Source: Octopus sinensis (Eukaryota). Taken from it: a stretch of DNA of 64,000 nucleotides. Positions 37,930 to 49,937 of the stretch are shown here, piece by piece. The notes beneath the pieces were generated by a model. The model was not told where the DNA came from. It searched no databases and worked only from the letters and a program-made list of their open reading frames with translations. The DNA lies in NCBI RefSeq assembly GCF_006345805.1, contig NC_043005.1, positions 90,830,001 through 90,894,000 of the forward strand, read 5' to 3'. The position numbers were made by a program, and so were the translations under genes. Position 1 is the stretch's first letter. Each line of letters begins with the position of its first letter.

Positions 37930-38355
37930 CAAATCAAAATAGATGAACATCAATGGAATTTGTATCTTTGTGGTACCAGTGCCGGTGGCACACAAGAAAA
38001 ACATCCGAACGTGGCAGTAGCCAGTACCGCAGCGACTGGCTCCGTGATGCGGGCACGTAACAAACACCATCAGATTGTGGCCGTCGCTAGCCTCATCTGG
38101 CACCTGTGTCGGTGGCACATAAAAAACACCATCCGAGCGTGCCGTTCACCAGCCTCGTCTTCTGGCACCTGTGTCGGTGGCACATAAAATCACCCACTAC
38201 ACTCTTGGAGTGGTTGGCGTTAGGAAGGCATCCAGCTGTAGAAACACTGCCAGATCTGACTGGCTGGTGCAGCCTTCAGGCTCCCCCGACCCCAGTTGAA
38301 CTGACAACCCATGCTAGCATGGAAAACGGACGCTAAATGAATGATGATGATGATT
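37925..38355 (+). mobile_element. Solo RTE 3' UTR with tandem subrepeats
   Basis: Reverse complement of 49960-50450; ends GGACGCTAAATGAATGATGATGATG. Confidence 0.88.
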
Positions 38356-38356
38356 G

Positions 38357-38408
<52 letters not shown>

Positions 38409-38422
38409 CATACATATATATA

Positions 38423-38468
<46 letters not shown>

Positions 38469-38781
38469 TTATATATACACATATATATAGATCGTAGCTA
38501 CTACACGCATTTTTTTTTCTCCTTGTCTCTCTCTTGTTTTTTTCTGTGTATCTTCTGTTAGAAGAGCATAGGCTCGAAATGTAAAAAACTTTTATATTCC
38601 TGAGCGCTATACTAATACATTTGTTTGTTTGTACACATATATACATACATATATATATATATGTATGTATATATATGTATTATATATGTGTATATATATA
38701 TATATGTATATATATATGTATATATATATATATTATATATACATATATGTATATATATACGTAGAGATATAAACTGTATAT

Positions 38782-38829
<48 letters not shown>

Positions 38830-38859
38830 GTATACATATATATCTATGTTTATATATAC

Positions 38860-38910
<51 letters not shown>

Positions 38911-39220
38911 ATCCAAACAAGAAAGCACAAAAAAACACAGCAACGTGAGGACGTGGAACAAATATAGTATTATTGGACGCTCAGGAAAGAAGGAAAGAAC
39001 GGAGGGGTTTAACGTTTCGAGCGGAGCTCTTTGTCGGAAACATAGGAGAAGGAAAGATCAGAGAAGGGAAGACAGAGGAAAAAAAATTGCCAACAGTACA
39101 CATGAGGTTACATTTTTGAAAAAAAAAAAATATATATATATATGCATACATGTATATATATATATATGTATGTATATATATATATATATGCATGTATGTA
39201 TAAATATACAATATTATAGT

Positions 39221-39256
<36 letters not shown>

Positions 39257-40283
39257 CAATATGTATATATATGTATATATAGATATATGTATATATATGT
39301 ATGTATATATATCTATGTATATATATGTATGTATATATATATATATATGTGTGTGTGTTGTTGTGTGTGTGTGTGTGTGTGTGTGTTGTGTACAATGAAG
39401 GGAGAAAGAGAGGAAGTGAGTGAGAGAAAAGAGGTTTCCTAATCCATGCTTTTAGAAGTACATGTTTAGCCTCTATGTGAAAAATGAATATTGTGAGCAA
39501 ACTATATTTTACTTTCTGTAACCAGCAAATGGAGATCCACATAACTAGGTTCAGCATTTCTTACTATTTCATCAGATATCGTTATATATTTGTCACAAAT
39601 GGCTACCTAATTTCTGAGCCAGGATTTGAAACTAAATCCACAATTTCATACAAGTCATCAGCCTATTGTTGTAGCTTGTTGTACAAAAAGATTTATGAAA
39701 ATGAACCGACCTCTTAATCATTCTTGAGTCATGCATGGGTCAAAACTGGTGTGGCGGAAAGATCCTTTGTTTGGCTTGATCTAATTTAGTTCCGAAGAAT
39801 ATAAATACATGAAGATAAATCACTTCCCGTTTCTTGGTCAAGCAACCTCTGATCAGAGAGCATCTCTTCTTCCTTCTTTCTGTAGGGATGGAGAAGTAAC
39901 ACCTTTATACATGGGATGATACAACTATTGCTCTTTCTATCTACCTATTTTTATTACCCTATCTTTCTACGGTACTCACGCACAGATTGATTTTCTATCT
40001 GTACAACAGACCAGGGAACTAAAGACAATTTGTTTACAGCAATAACAAACAAATTGTATACACACAAACAACTCAAAGAAGTTATTTTATATATTGTAAT
40101 GACAATAATGATATAAATAAAATTGCAATCTTAATAAACAATTAATGATCTTAAGCGACACATCAATGTTACTTAGCCATTACAAATCGGTGATTTCATC
40201 ATGACTCCATCATTTTTCATATACATACATACATTTTTACATACATGTACGCTTATATACTAGTCATGGGTAAACTGTGACAA

Positions 40284-40640
40284 GTGGAATTTCTGAATGA
40301 TATATCTAATGAAAAAATCACCTCTAGGAAGATAGCTTTTGTGTGTGACAAATGCTCAGGGGCAATAAACACTGAAAATGTGCAGGAAAGAGCTTCCATC
40401 ACATGCCAGGTGAAAAAACTAGAAGTAGTTGATAGTTTCCACTACTTAGGTGACCAAGTCAGGAGCGGAGGTGGATGCTCTGAGAGTGTATCTGTTAGAA
40501 TAAGAATAGCCTGGGCAAAGTTCAGAGAGTTCCTACCTCTGCTAGTGACAAAGGGCTTCTCGCTCAGAGTAAAAGGTAAACTGTATAACCCATGTGTGCG
40601 AACAGCCATGCTACATGGCAGTGAAACATGAGCTTGATGA
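40284..40640 (+). mobile_element. RTE LINE fragment
   Basis: KLEVVDSFHYLGD...RIRIAWAKFREFLPLL...AMLHGSET. Confidence 0.9.
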
Positions 40641-41172
40641 TGAGGCCATGTCTCATGCAGCCCACTTCTACAAAATGCTTGCCCATAACTGATACATAGA
40701 CTAATGAAACAGCAGCTTAGCGAACCAAATAGAGAGAAATAGTGGCCAAATCTCACTCAAATTGCACTGTTTCAAACAATTTTACGTTAAGTTGTTGCAT
40801 GAGCTAATGTTGTCCTAGATGTACAAAAACATAGAATGGTGATAGATCGAATGCCTGCTCAGTCAGGACTAACCTGATTCATATTATTGTCTAGTTTCCA
40901 ATGAGGGCTTCTCAAATCCATGTGTGTGGGTTTCTTTAAAATCATTCCTAAAATTTACATTTATCCGTGCTTCTAATCTTAAAAAATTCCCTTTGTTATC
41001 AATCATAGTCATTGCTATTTTCAGTGGCAGTTTGTACAAACACACACACACATACATACATGTGTTCTTACAGTTATGTATATAGATAAAAGTGTATGTG
41101 TGACCTGTAAATTTTGATCATTCGCATAACAAGGAAAAGTGTATATATCTGGAGCTTCAACATAGATCCTTG

Positions 41173-41203
<31 letters not shown>

Positions 41204-41420
41204 GGTGGGACACAGATGAGGCAAAAGGCATGATTGCATAATATTTCTACATTGTTATGTAATTATTTTGGAATTTTGATGAAATGTGTGTATGTCCTAT
41301 AAAGCTTTAAATACAACACCTGTTTTCTGCTTATTATATTTATGAAGTGTAAGGAAAGGAAAAAATTGTAGATGTAGACGATCTTTAATTCATAATCCAG
41401 GTTGGTACAGATCCAATATA

Positions 41421-41511
41421 AATTCTACAAATTGTTTCGGAGTCTAATTAATTCCAAAGACAAAAACGAAAGCTCTTCTTGAAATAAAAATTAGATTCTT
41501 CGTCAGGAATT
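41421..41511 (-). ncRNA. Type I hammerhead ribozyme motif
   Basis: aattc-CTGACGA-agaatctaatt...aattagactcc-GAAAC-aattt-GTA-gaatt; perfect 5-bp stem I; two mismatches in stem II, including the core-proximal pair. Confidence 0.7.
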
Positions 41512-41715
41512 ACTTATTGATATGAATAATTATGACCAACAAAAATATACAAAGACCTTTCATAGTCCAGATAGGAACGAATAAATAATAATAGAATGAA
41601 AGATAACTAGAACGCCAGACAATTCAAAACCAGAAAAACATATATATGTATATAAAGAAAAGAAACCACTCCAGTGTTTTATTAACATTACAATTCACAA
41701 TATGTAAATATCTAG

Positions 41716-42102
41716 TCTCTCTATATATAAAGCTGAAGTTGTCTGTGTATGGCAGGTTTGGTAGACTTCAACTAACACCATCTCCTCCGAGACCCTGCAG
41801 CGCAAGTTGACCAAAATTGATAGTATGAAAGAAGAAGGCCTGCTCTTCCTTCCGTAAAATATTCAAATCGGACCATGTCAACATCAAAAATTATTTACAT
41901 CAAAAAGGTGCTTTTTTTCTATGAAAATCCCTATTTTTTATGATTTTTTGACAGCTGTGTCACCATTTTTCGGTGTATTTCAACCAGAAAAATGTTCACT
42001 TAAAGAGAATAACAAGCTACATAATGCAAAATTTTTACTTTTCAAAAATTCCAATTCTAAAGGGTCAAAACAATCCTGAGCAACGCCGGGCGATATTGCT
42101 AG
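41716..42102 (+). mobile_element. Non-autonomous Helitron
   Basis: 5' TC..TCTATATATAAAG; 3' CCTGAGCAACGCCGGG hairpin remnant plus CTAG|T at 42099-42103. Confidence 0.82.
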
Positions 42103-42105
42103 TAA

Positions 42106-42515
42106 AGAATAAGTTGGATTCAACAAGAAGGAATACAGAGGACATTTATTTGTAATCATTATAATAGTTTCCATGGTTCTTCAGGTTTGCAGGTATTTGG
42201 TTATCCAACCATTTCCCCACATTATAAGTTCTAGTTTTCTTTCCTCAGGTGATCTATAAATATTGTTTCCATAAACTCAAATTCTCAGCTTCATCGCAGG
42301 CTACGACAGACAGATAGCAGGTGCTTGAAACCAAGAATTTGCATTTATGGAAACAATATTCATAGATTACCCGAGGAATCACAACTAGAACTCATAATGC
42401 AGGGAAACGGTTACATAACCAAATACCTGCAAACCTGGAGATTCGTTGCATGGAAATAATTGTAGTGATTACAAATAAATGTTCCTCTGTACTCCTTTTT
42501 AACTCCAACTTGTTC
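42106..42515. repeat. Palindromic element with degenerate hammerheads (related to 25378-25756)
   Basis: Arms ~42106-42285 and ~42335-42515. Minus arm atcac-CTGAGGA...GAAAC-tatt-ATA-atgat; plus arm attac-CCGAGGA...GAAAT-aatt-GTA-gtgat. Confidence 0.8.
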
Positions 42516-42654
42516 GATTATCCATTCATACACTACTGAAGCTCCAATGCAAATCTGGCAATACCTATAATACTATTGCTGGATAGCACTAGTTGAAATC
42601 TGAATGTGGCCAGGCTTTATACTGTACTCTACTATGTTCTTAACAGAATATAAC

Positions 42655-42699
<45 letters not shown>

Positions 42700-42769
42700 T
42701 ATTAGTTTGAAACTTACCAATCACGGTTATCAGCTTGGTAACTTCCAAAAGTACAAACTGATCATGGCC

Positions 42770-42940
42770 ATTGCCAGCCTCTTCTGGTCCCTGTGCCAGT
42801 GGCACATAAAAAGCACCCACCACACTCACAGAGTGGTTGGCGATAGAAAGGGCATCAAGCTGAAGAAACACTGTCAGATCAGACTGGAGCCTGGTTGCAG
42901 CCTCCTGGATTCCCAGACCGCGGTCAAACGATGATGAAAT
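42770..42940 (+). mobile_element. Solo RTE 3' UTR end
   Basis: GTGGCACATAAAAAGCACCC...GGTCAAACGATGATG. Confidence 0.75.
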
Positions 42941-42956
42941 ATATATATATATATAT

Positions 42957-43484
42957 ATTATATAAAATCTGTTGTCTGTCTGTGTGTGTGTCTTCTAGGA
43001 TCTTGGGCATCTTCCATCCGATTGCGCTCAAATTTGATATGTAGATACCGACAGTATCAGGGCGTGTATAAGTCTTGAAAACATTACAAAAATCGATTCC
43101 AGGAGAGAATGAGATCGATAAAGCCGTGGGAACGTGCATTTGTACGTGCAAGTAAATCAGCTGTTGCGATCGATACTACGCGTATGTGAGAAAAATGTAC
43201 ATGCAGTTTGCGCAAAAAAAGCCGACTGGCTTGAAATAATGCCACAAAATGCAGTATATTTAAGAGACCAAAAAGTAAGAGATATTTTCTTCAAACTTGG
43301 CATGAAGGAAAGAAAGACTATTTGGTTTCCAAGAAGTTTTTTTTTTTGCCTTAACTTTGTTACAAACCAAAAAAAATTTATTGAAATAAAGGCATGCTTA
43401 ATTATTTTAATGAAAAGAAACACTGATTGCTTTTTTCAGCAGATATGATTCAGCACCGTCCATTGGATGGGGGGCATTTTGATC

Positions 43485-43486
<2 letters not shown>
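42957..43486 (+). mobile_element. Non-autonomous Helitron-like element
   Basis: 5' ~190 bp and 3' CAGCACCGTCCATTGGA hairpin are shared with 46200-46545. Confidence 0.65.
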
Positions 43487-43530
<44 letters not shown>

Positions 43531-43610
43531 TATATGTATGTATATATATATGTATATATATTATATATATATATGTATATATATATGTTATATATATAGT
43601 ATATATATTA

Positions 43611-43652
<42 letters not shown>

Positions 43653-43683
43653 GATATAGATAGAGATAGATAGATAGATAGAT

Positions 43684-43773
<90 letters not shown>

Positions 43774-43823
43774 GTTTGTATATAATATAAAAAAAATATT
43801 GATAAGAGAAGGATTGAACATGC

Positions 43824-44115
43824 TTTATTACATATCACTGAAATTATTCCAACACTTCATTGCCAGCTGTTCCTTGCTGACTGTTACATGTATTATAACC
43901 AGCATTGTGTTAATTAATATCACTCAGCAACAGTGGTGTATGCATCTCTTTGGATGAGTCTTTTTACTTTAATCAGCTGAGGAGATGCATATGCCACTAC
44001 TGCTGAGTGATATAAATTAACAGTGTTGTTTATAATATATGTAACATATAAAATATCTTTAGCAATGAACTGCTGGTAATGATACATTCAAACAATTGTA
44101 GTGCTATGTAATAAA
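43824..44115. repeat. Degenerate palindromic element with a hammerhead remnant
   Basis: Arms 43824-43948 and 43982-44115; plus arm CTGAGGA-gatgcat...(c)AAAC-aatt-GTA-gtg. Confidence 0.7.
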
Positions 44116-45414
44116 ACCTGTCCAATCCATCTTCTCGTACAACATCCAGTGATAGAATGCTCACTGTATAATAACATTCAATAGCAGATAGCCACAAAAG
44201 AGCTTTGAAAGCACACTACAAGGCTTTTTTATCCAGATTACACACACACACATTTATAATATGTGTCTATATGTGAACAATGTGCCTTTTAAAAAGATTT
44301 TATTGATATCTCCTCACAGTCATGTAGGTTACTCAATTTCTTCATAATAATTGATATTTTCTAGTTTAGTACATAAATCAGTTATTAAATCATTAAAGGA
44401 CCATTGTATTTTGATAAAGGTTGTTTTATCTTTAGTTTTGTTCTAACAAGCCTTTATCTAAGGCCTTATTTCCAGCACAGGTAATTTTAAAAAAAATTAA
44501 TTCATAGAAATGAAATTTAAAACAAACAGATCAAAGTCTCCAAATGTAGCTGTTTACTGTTATGAGAGTTACAGAGATAGAGAGGTAGAGAAATAGAAAA
44601 ATAAAGGGGGAGAGAGAGAGAGAGCATGATAGATTCTTCACACAGACATCACCTGTGAGCTGAGGTCATAGAAACATTTTGAGTTCATATCATACAGTTA
44701 TATCTACTAGCATACAAATTCTGCATCACTGACGTCAAAGTGATAAGGCTTTTATCAATGTTAATCAGTCAAGTGACAAACACTCTAGGAGAGGCGTATG
44801 CTCCTAACAAACTAGATCTGCAACAGTTTCAATTCTCACTTGTGGCCAAGATTTTATTTCATTCATATCACTCTTGTAACTAATATGTATCACAGACAAT
44901 TAACTTGATTTTCTGGGCAACCACTCAAGGAGACAGTAGTTTAGGTTCTGACCTCAGCACTTAATTTTGTTCACTATATAAAAAAAACTCAACTCTAATG
45001 ATAGTCTACTGAGTTTTAAGAAGATACCGGAGGATGCAGTACTAGAATTTATAATTATTTTGTTGGTTTGTAATCTGAATTCAGTTTATGCTTCTCATAC
45101 ATATGTGGTGGTGGTGGTGGTGGTGGTGGAGGTGGTGGTAGTGGTACTGCTGCTGGTGCTGGTTGTGTATATGTATGTATGTGTCTGTCTCCTTGTCTTG
45201 AGATCACTCACTAGTTATGAATTGACTTCACCATTTATATAAGCGGTGGCATTTGTTTGCAGTTTTCCATGACACCCATGTCCAGACAAAAGGAAAATGA
45301 AATATCCTTTCTTCAAAACAGATAAGGGTTAGTGACAGGAAAAGCCATAGAACATATAGTTAAACAAATCTCATCTGAGCCACTAGAAAATAGACAGTAA
45401 GCAAAGGTATATAT

Positions 45415-45626
45415 AGGTGTAGGAGTGCCTGTGTGGTAAGTAGCTTACTTATGAACCACATGGTTCCAGGTTCAGTCCTACTGCATGGCACCTTGGGCAA
45501 GTGTTTTCTACTATAGCCTCGGGCCGACCAAAGCCTTGTGAGTGGATTTGGTAGACAGAAACTGAAAAAAGCCCGTTGTAAAACATGTATATATATGTAT
45601 GTATATATATATATAGTATATATATA

Positions 45627-45659
<33 letters not shown>

Positions 45660-45918
45660 GATTATATATATAATATATATTTATAATATGATGATGTTGT
45701 GTGTGTATATGTTTGTGTGTCAGTGTTTGTCCCCCCAACATCACTTGACAACCAATGCTGGTGTGTTTATGTCCCTGTAACTTAGTGCTTCGGCAAAAGA
45801 GACCGATAGAATAAGTACTAGGCTTACAAAGAATAAGTCCTGGGTGCGATTTGCTCGACCAAAGGTGGTGCTCCAGTATGGCCACAGTCACATGACTGAA
45901 ACGAATAAAAGAGTAAAA
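45415..45918 (+). mobile_element. SINE family B with expanded internal (TA)n
   Basis: As 19238. Confidence 0.88.
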
Positions 45919-46199
45919 GTGTGTATATATATATATATATGCTAATATCCAGCAGTGAGAATGAGTGATCAACACTGTGTTGATGGATAAATATTCTTTA
46001 TTTGTGATTAAACAAGCCAACTAATAGTTTCATGCAAAGAGATCTTCACAATTGCTCAATTGCACCCCTTAGAAGTGATGGTACTCTAAATGTAGCTGAG
46101 TACCAACACTTCCATGTGGATCACTTGGTAAACTGTGAAAATTTCTTTAAATAAGATCATTGGTTGCCTTACTAACCCACAAACAAAGAAATATATATA

Positions 46200-46545
46200 T
46201 ATATTATAAAATCCGTTCTGTCTGTCTGTGTCTCTTCTAGGATCTCGGGCATCCTCCATCTGATTGCGCTTGAATTTGATATGTATCAGGGCATGTATAA
46301 GTCTTGAAAAAATTACAAAAATTGATTCCAGGTGAGAATGCGATCAATAAAGCTGTGAGAACGTGCATTTGTACACGCAAGTACATCAGTCAAAATCTGT
46401 CTTTTGCTGGTGTCTCAAATTTAGGTTAAATCAGTGTTTCTCAAGGGGAGGACTATGGGACAGTCGGACAAGTTATTTTGAGAAAATTTGGTTTAGATGT
46501 TTGACAACTCAGCACCGTCCATTGGACAAGGGGCGATTTGCTCGT
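46200..46545 (+). mobile_element. Non-autonomous Helitron-like element (sister of 42957-43486)
   Basis: Same ends; terminates GCGATTTG-CTCG|T. Confidence 0.65.
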
Positions 46546-46599
46546 ATATACATATGTATAATTGTTGCTAAATGTGATTAGGATGTTAAGAAATACTTG

Positions 46600-46822
46600 C
46601 ATTGCTAAAAACACCATAACAGAAAAAGTAGCATTCAGCCAACACATAGACATTTGTGCCAATAACAAAATTCCAAGCTTCAGAAATTTTCCCCTCTACC
46701 AATTCAGGGACAATACAACCTGTAGCCAACGAATTAGTAAAGAGACTCTCTTTATTACAAAATTCAGACCCCTTTTGAATGCATCTTCAACAAACGACAT
46801 ATCCACCACGGCCTTAGAATAA
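46600..46822 (+). pseudogene. Penelope-like GIY-YIG C-terminal fragment
   Basis: VAFSQHIDICANNKIPSFRNFPLYQ...RISKETLFITKFRPLLN aligns by eye with IPFSSHIDSCARNKKSQFHIFPFYQ...RINKENLFIENFQTLLN of the 29334 element. Confidence 0.75.
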
Positions 46823-47185
46823 CACAAACACAAAAGCAAATATTAAAAATGATACACTCAAGAGATTCCCAAGAATTCATTAAAAAACAGTCCCAATCAC
46901 TGCTATAATCCATAACGAGCCAATTTTAGGTCACTTGATAATTTAACACCTTACTACTATCATACTACCTACATTCCTTCTTAGTTTCCCTTCTTCAGAA
47001 GTCCTGGGCAGAAACAAGGAAAATGCTACTTGTATTTGAACACTATGCAAATATTCTTTTAAAAAACTATTCTTTTAATTTTTCCAAAATTTAATTGTTT
47101 TCCATACTTATAGTTGAAAAAGTCCCAATGACTGAAACTGGTACTGAAATGTTTTTTATAAAATTATTTTAGCATTTTCTACCTT

Positions 47186-47232
<47 letters not shown>

Positions 47233-47402
47233 TATATATGTATATAATCGTCTATGTATGTATATCTATGTATATCTACTTCTTTTGCTCTAAATGTTTA
47301 CATTAGTACATCTATAGGGTTTATATAGATATATAAATATATATGTGGCTGTGTGTGTGTGTGTGTGTGTGCGTGTGTGTATGTATGTATTTGTGTTTGT
47401 GT

Positions 47403-47695
47403 GGAGGCACATGGCCTAGTGGTCAGAGCAGCTGACTCGCAGTTGAGTGATCATGGGTTTGAATCCCAGACAAGATAATGTGGGTTTTTATGAGCAAAAC
47501 ACCTAAACGCCACATGGCTCTGGCAGAAGGCAATGGTGTACTTCTGCTGACTCTTTTGCCACAACTTTCTCTCACTTCCCCTCCCCGCATCTAATAACTC
47601 ACCTGTGATGGACCAGCGTCCCATCCAGGTGGGGAACCTATACACCAATGAAACCAGGAAACCAGCCCTCATGAGCCAGGCATGGCTCGTGAAGA
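47403..47695 (+). mobile_element. SINE family C
   Basis: As 23255. Confidence 0.8.
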
Positions 47696-49189
47696 AACAA
47701 ACAATAGCACAACATTTGTGTATGTATGTATGTATGTATGTATGTATGTATGTATGTATGTATGTTTGTATGTATGTATGTATGTTTGTATGTTTGTATG
47801 TATGTATGTATGTATGTTTGTATGTATATGTATATGTGTCTGTATACATTTGACTATATGTATACATATGTCTATATATATGTATATGTATTTTTTTATA
47901 TAATCAATTCCGCCACCTTTGTCATAATGATAATTCATATTTGGAAATTTCTTACATACTAATGATATTTATATAATATTTATTTTTTAATCATATTTCC
48001 AAAATTCCCATCAATTTATTAGAAATTCCTTTTATTAATTTATATTAATTTTGTCATTATTGTCTTCCATAATCTTTTAAAATTTTAATGCAGTATTTAT
48101 ATTTCATTACATCAAGATTTATATTTAACATAAAATCTATCTCACCTAATGGCATGGCTTAAATTCTGCATTATTCTGAAAGAATTTTTTATATTTTGTA
48201 TTAGTGCAGACATGTAAGGAATTTAATATAAACTATTTGCATGTCTTTTGAGTTATGAAGCAAATTTGTTGTTTTGGGATTTTTTATCATTAAACAAAGA
48301 TCCATCTAAATATTTCTCTGTCATTTATGACTATATATATATATATAGAGAGAGAAATATATATAGAGAGACCAAGGTGTACGTACACTGCTATTTTTTA
48401 TATATAAGAAATACAAAAATGGGACAAGAACGCAAAACATCGAAACAGTTAGGTGAAACAAAAAAAGGATAACAAAATATCCAGACAGACTATACAAGGA
48501 AAACAAGGACGTATCATTTGGAGTTTTCTATCCTCAGTCGAGTTCCAGTTTATCTTTGCAATTTCGGCTGGTTATACTCAAGATTGCTCAAATCTGGCCA
48601 GCCCCAGGGAAAAATAACCGAAGAACATTACATTCCTTCAAAGAAAGCAGCAAATGTATATGAAAACAAGGACAGAGAAAAACGGAGAAGGTTACACAAA
48701 TACAAATAATGGGACATAACAACAGATGTCTTTCTAACTAAGGACAAATTAAATTAAGCTGGCGTGTGTGGAAGTAAAGCCTTACGGTAGGGACACAAAA
48801 TTTAACAAGCACAAGAAGGAATATAGATATTGCATGGACAGTTACCTTTCAGTTTCCATTTGTCAGTTTCACTCATTAGACATTAGTAACCCTATTTTTA
48901 TAGTAGTTGACATAAGGTACCCAAAAATACATGGTTACAAAGCAAACTTTGTAGCCCACGCCCACCCAGTTATGCTTGTATGTGTGTGTACATACATACA
49001 CACACACACGTGTGCACACATACACACATACCAATATATATGGGAAGTCAAAAATTATCCACACTTTCACCATAATATATCTTTATTATTGTCACACCAC
49101 CTTCTGCACCTACATGCTAATAGTTGGTACTATTGTAGTCACATGATAGAAGTTTGAGACTGACCATACCATTTTTCTTTGTGGCTTTA

Positions 49190-49931
49190 CAGTCTAAGCA
49201 TGGCCACTCTGCTAGCAATGTGTATCAAAGAGGAACAAAGAGCAATGATCCAATTTCTCTGTTCGGAAGGTGTGTCAGACGCTGAAATTCATCAGAGGCT
49301 TTTAACACAATACGGGGACAGTGCACTAGTGCGTAGAAGTGTGTATGAGTGGATTGAGAAGTTTAAAAGCTTAAAATTTTAAAAGTTTAAAAGTTTAAAG
49401 GTTTGGGGACTCAAAAGGCCTATACTGGAAGACTACCTGGAAAAGGGGAATGCAATCAACACTGCAAGATACAGTCCTTTGCTGACCAACAAACTGAAGC
49501 CAGTAATTCACACCAAATGCCAAAGCCTATTGTTGAAGAGAGTTTTATTGTTGCATGACAATGCATGCCCACACGCAGCTGCTCAGACCACTGAAAACGT
49601 TAATCAATTGAGTTTTGAGGTGTTGAAACATCCTGTTTCCAGTCCAGATCTCACTCATTCCAACTATCATATCTTTGGACCACTCAAAGATGGTTCACAA
49701 GGTTGTCAATTTCCTACGGATGAAGATGTGAAGGAAGCAGTGCATAAGTGGTAGAACAACTAACCAAAAACTTTCTTCCTGGAGGGAATGCACAGGCTTG
49801 TGGATCGCTGGACCAAGTGCATCAAAAAAGAAAGAGACTATATGGAAAAGTGACATACTTGTTTATCTCCTGCTTTTGCGTATACATATTGAAAAAACAA
49901 GAGTGCATATAATTTTTGACTCTCCATCATA
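49190..49931 (+). mobile_element. Mariner transposon relic, internally deleted
   Basis: EEQRAMIQFLCSEG..AEIHQRL..QYG...VYEWIEKFK; LLLHDNACPH; HPVSSPDLTHSNYHIFGPLK; RWTKCI; TIR-like end TTTTGACTCTCCATCATA. Confidence 0.9.
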
Positions 49932-49937
49932 TATATA

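Noticed and set aside
39484-39930. Several short open frames in unique-looking sequence (for example SEEYKYMKINHFPFLGQ... on +)
   Set aside because: No recognisable homology, and conflicting splice signals on both strands; not supportable as CDS.
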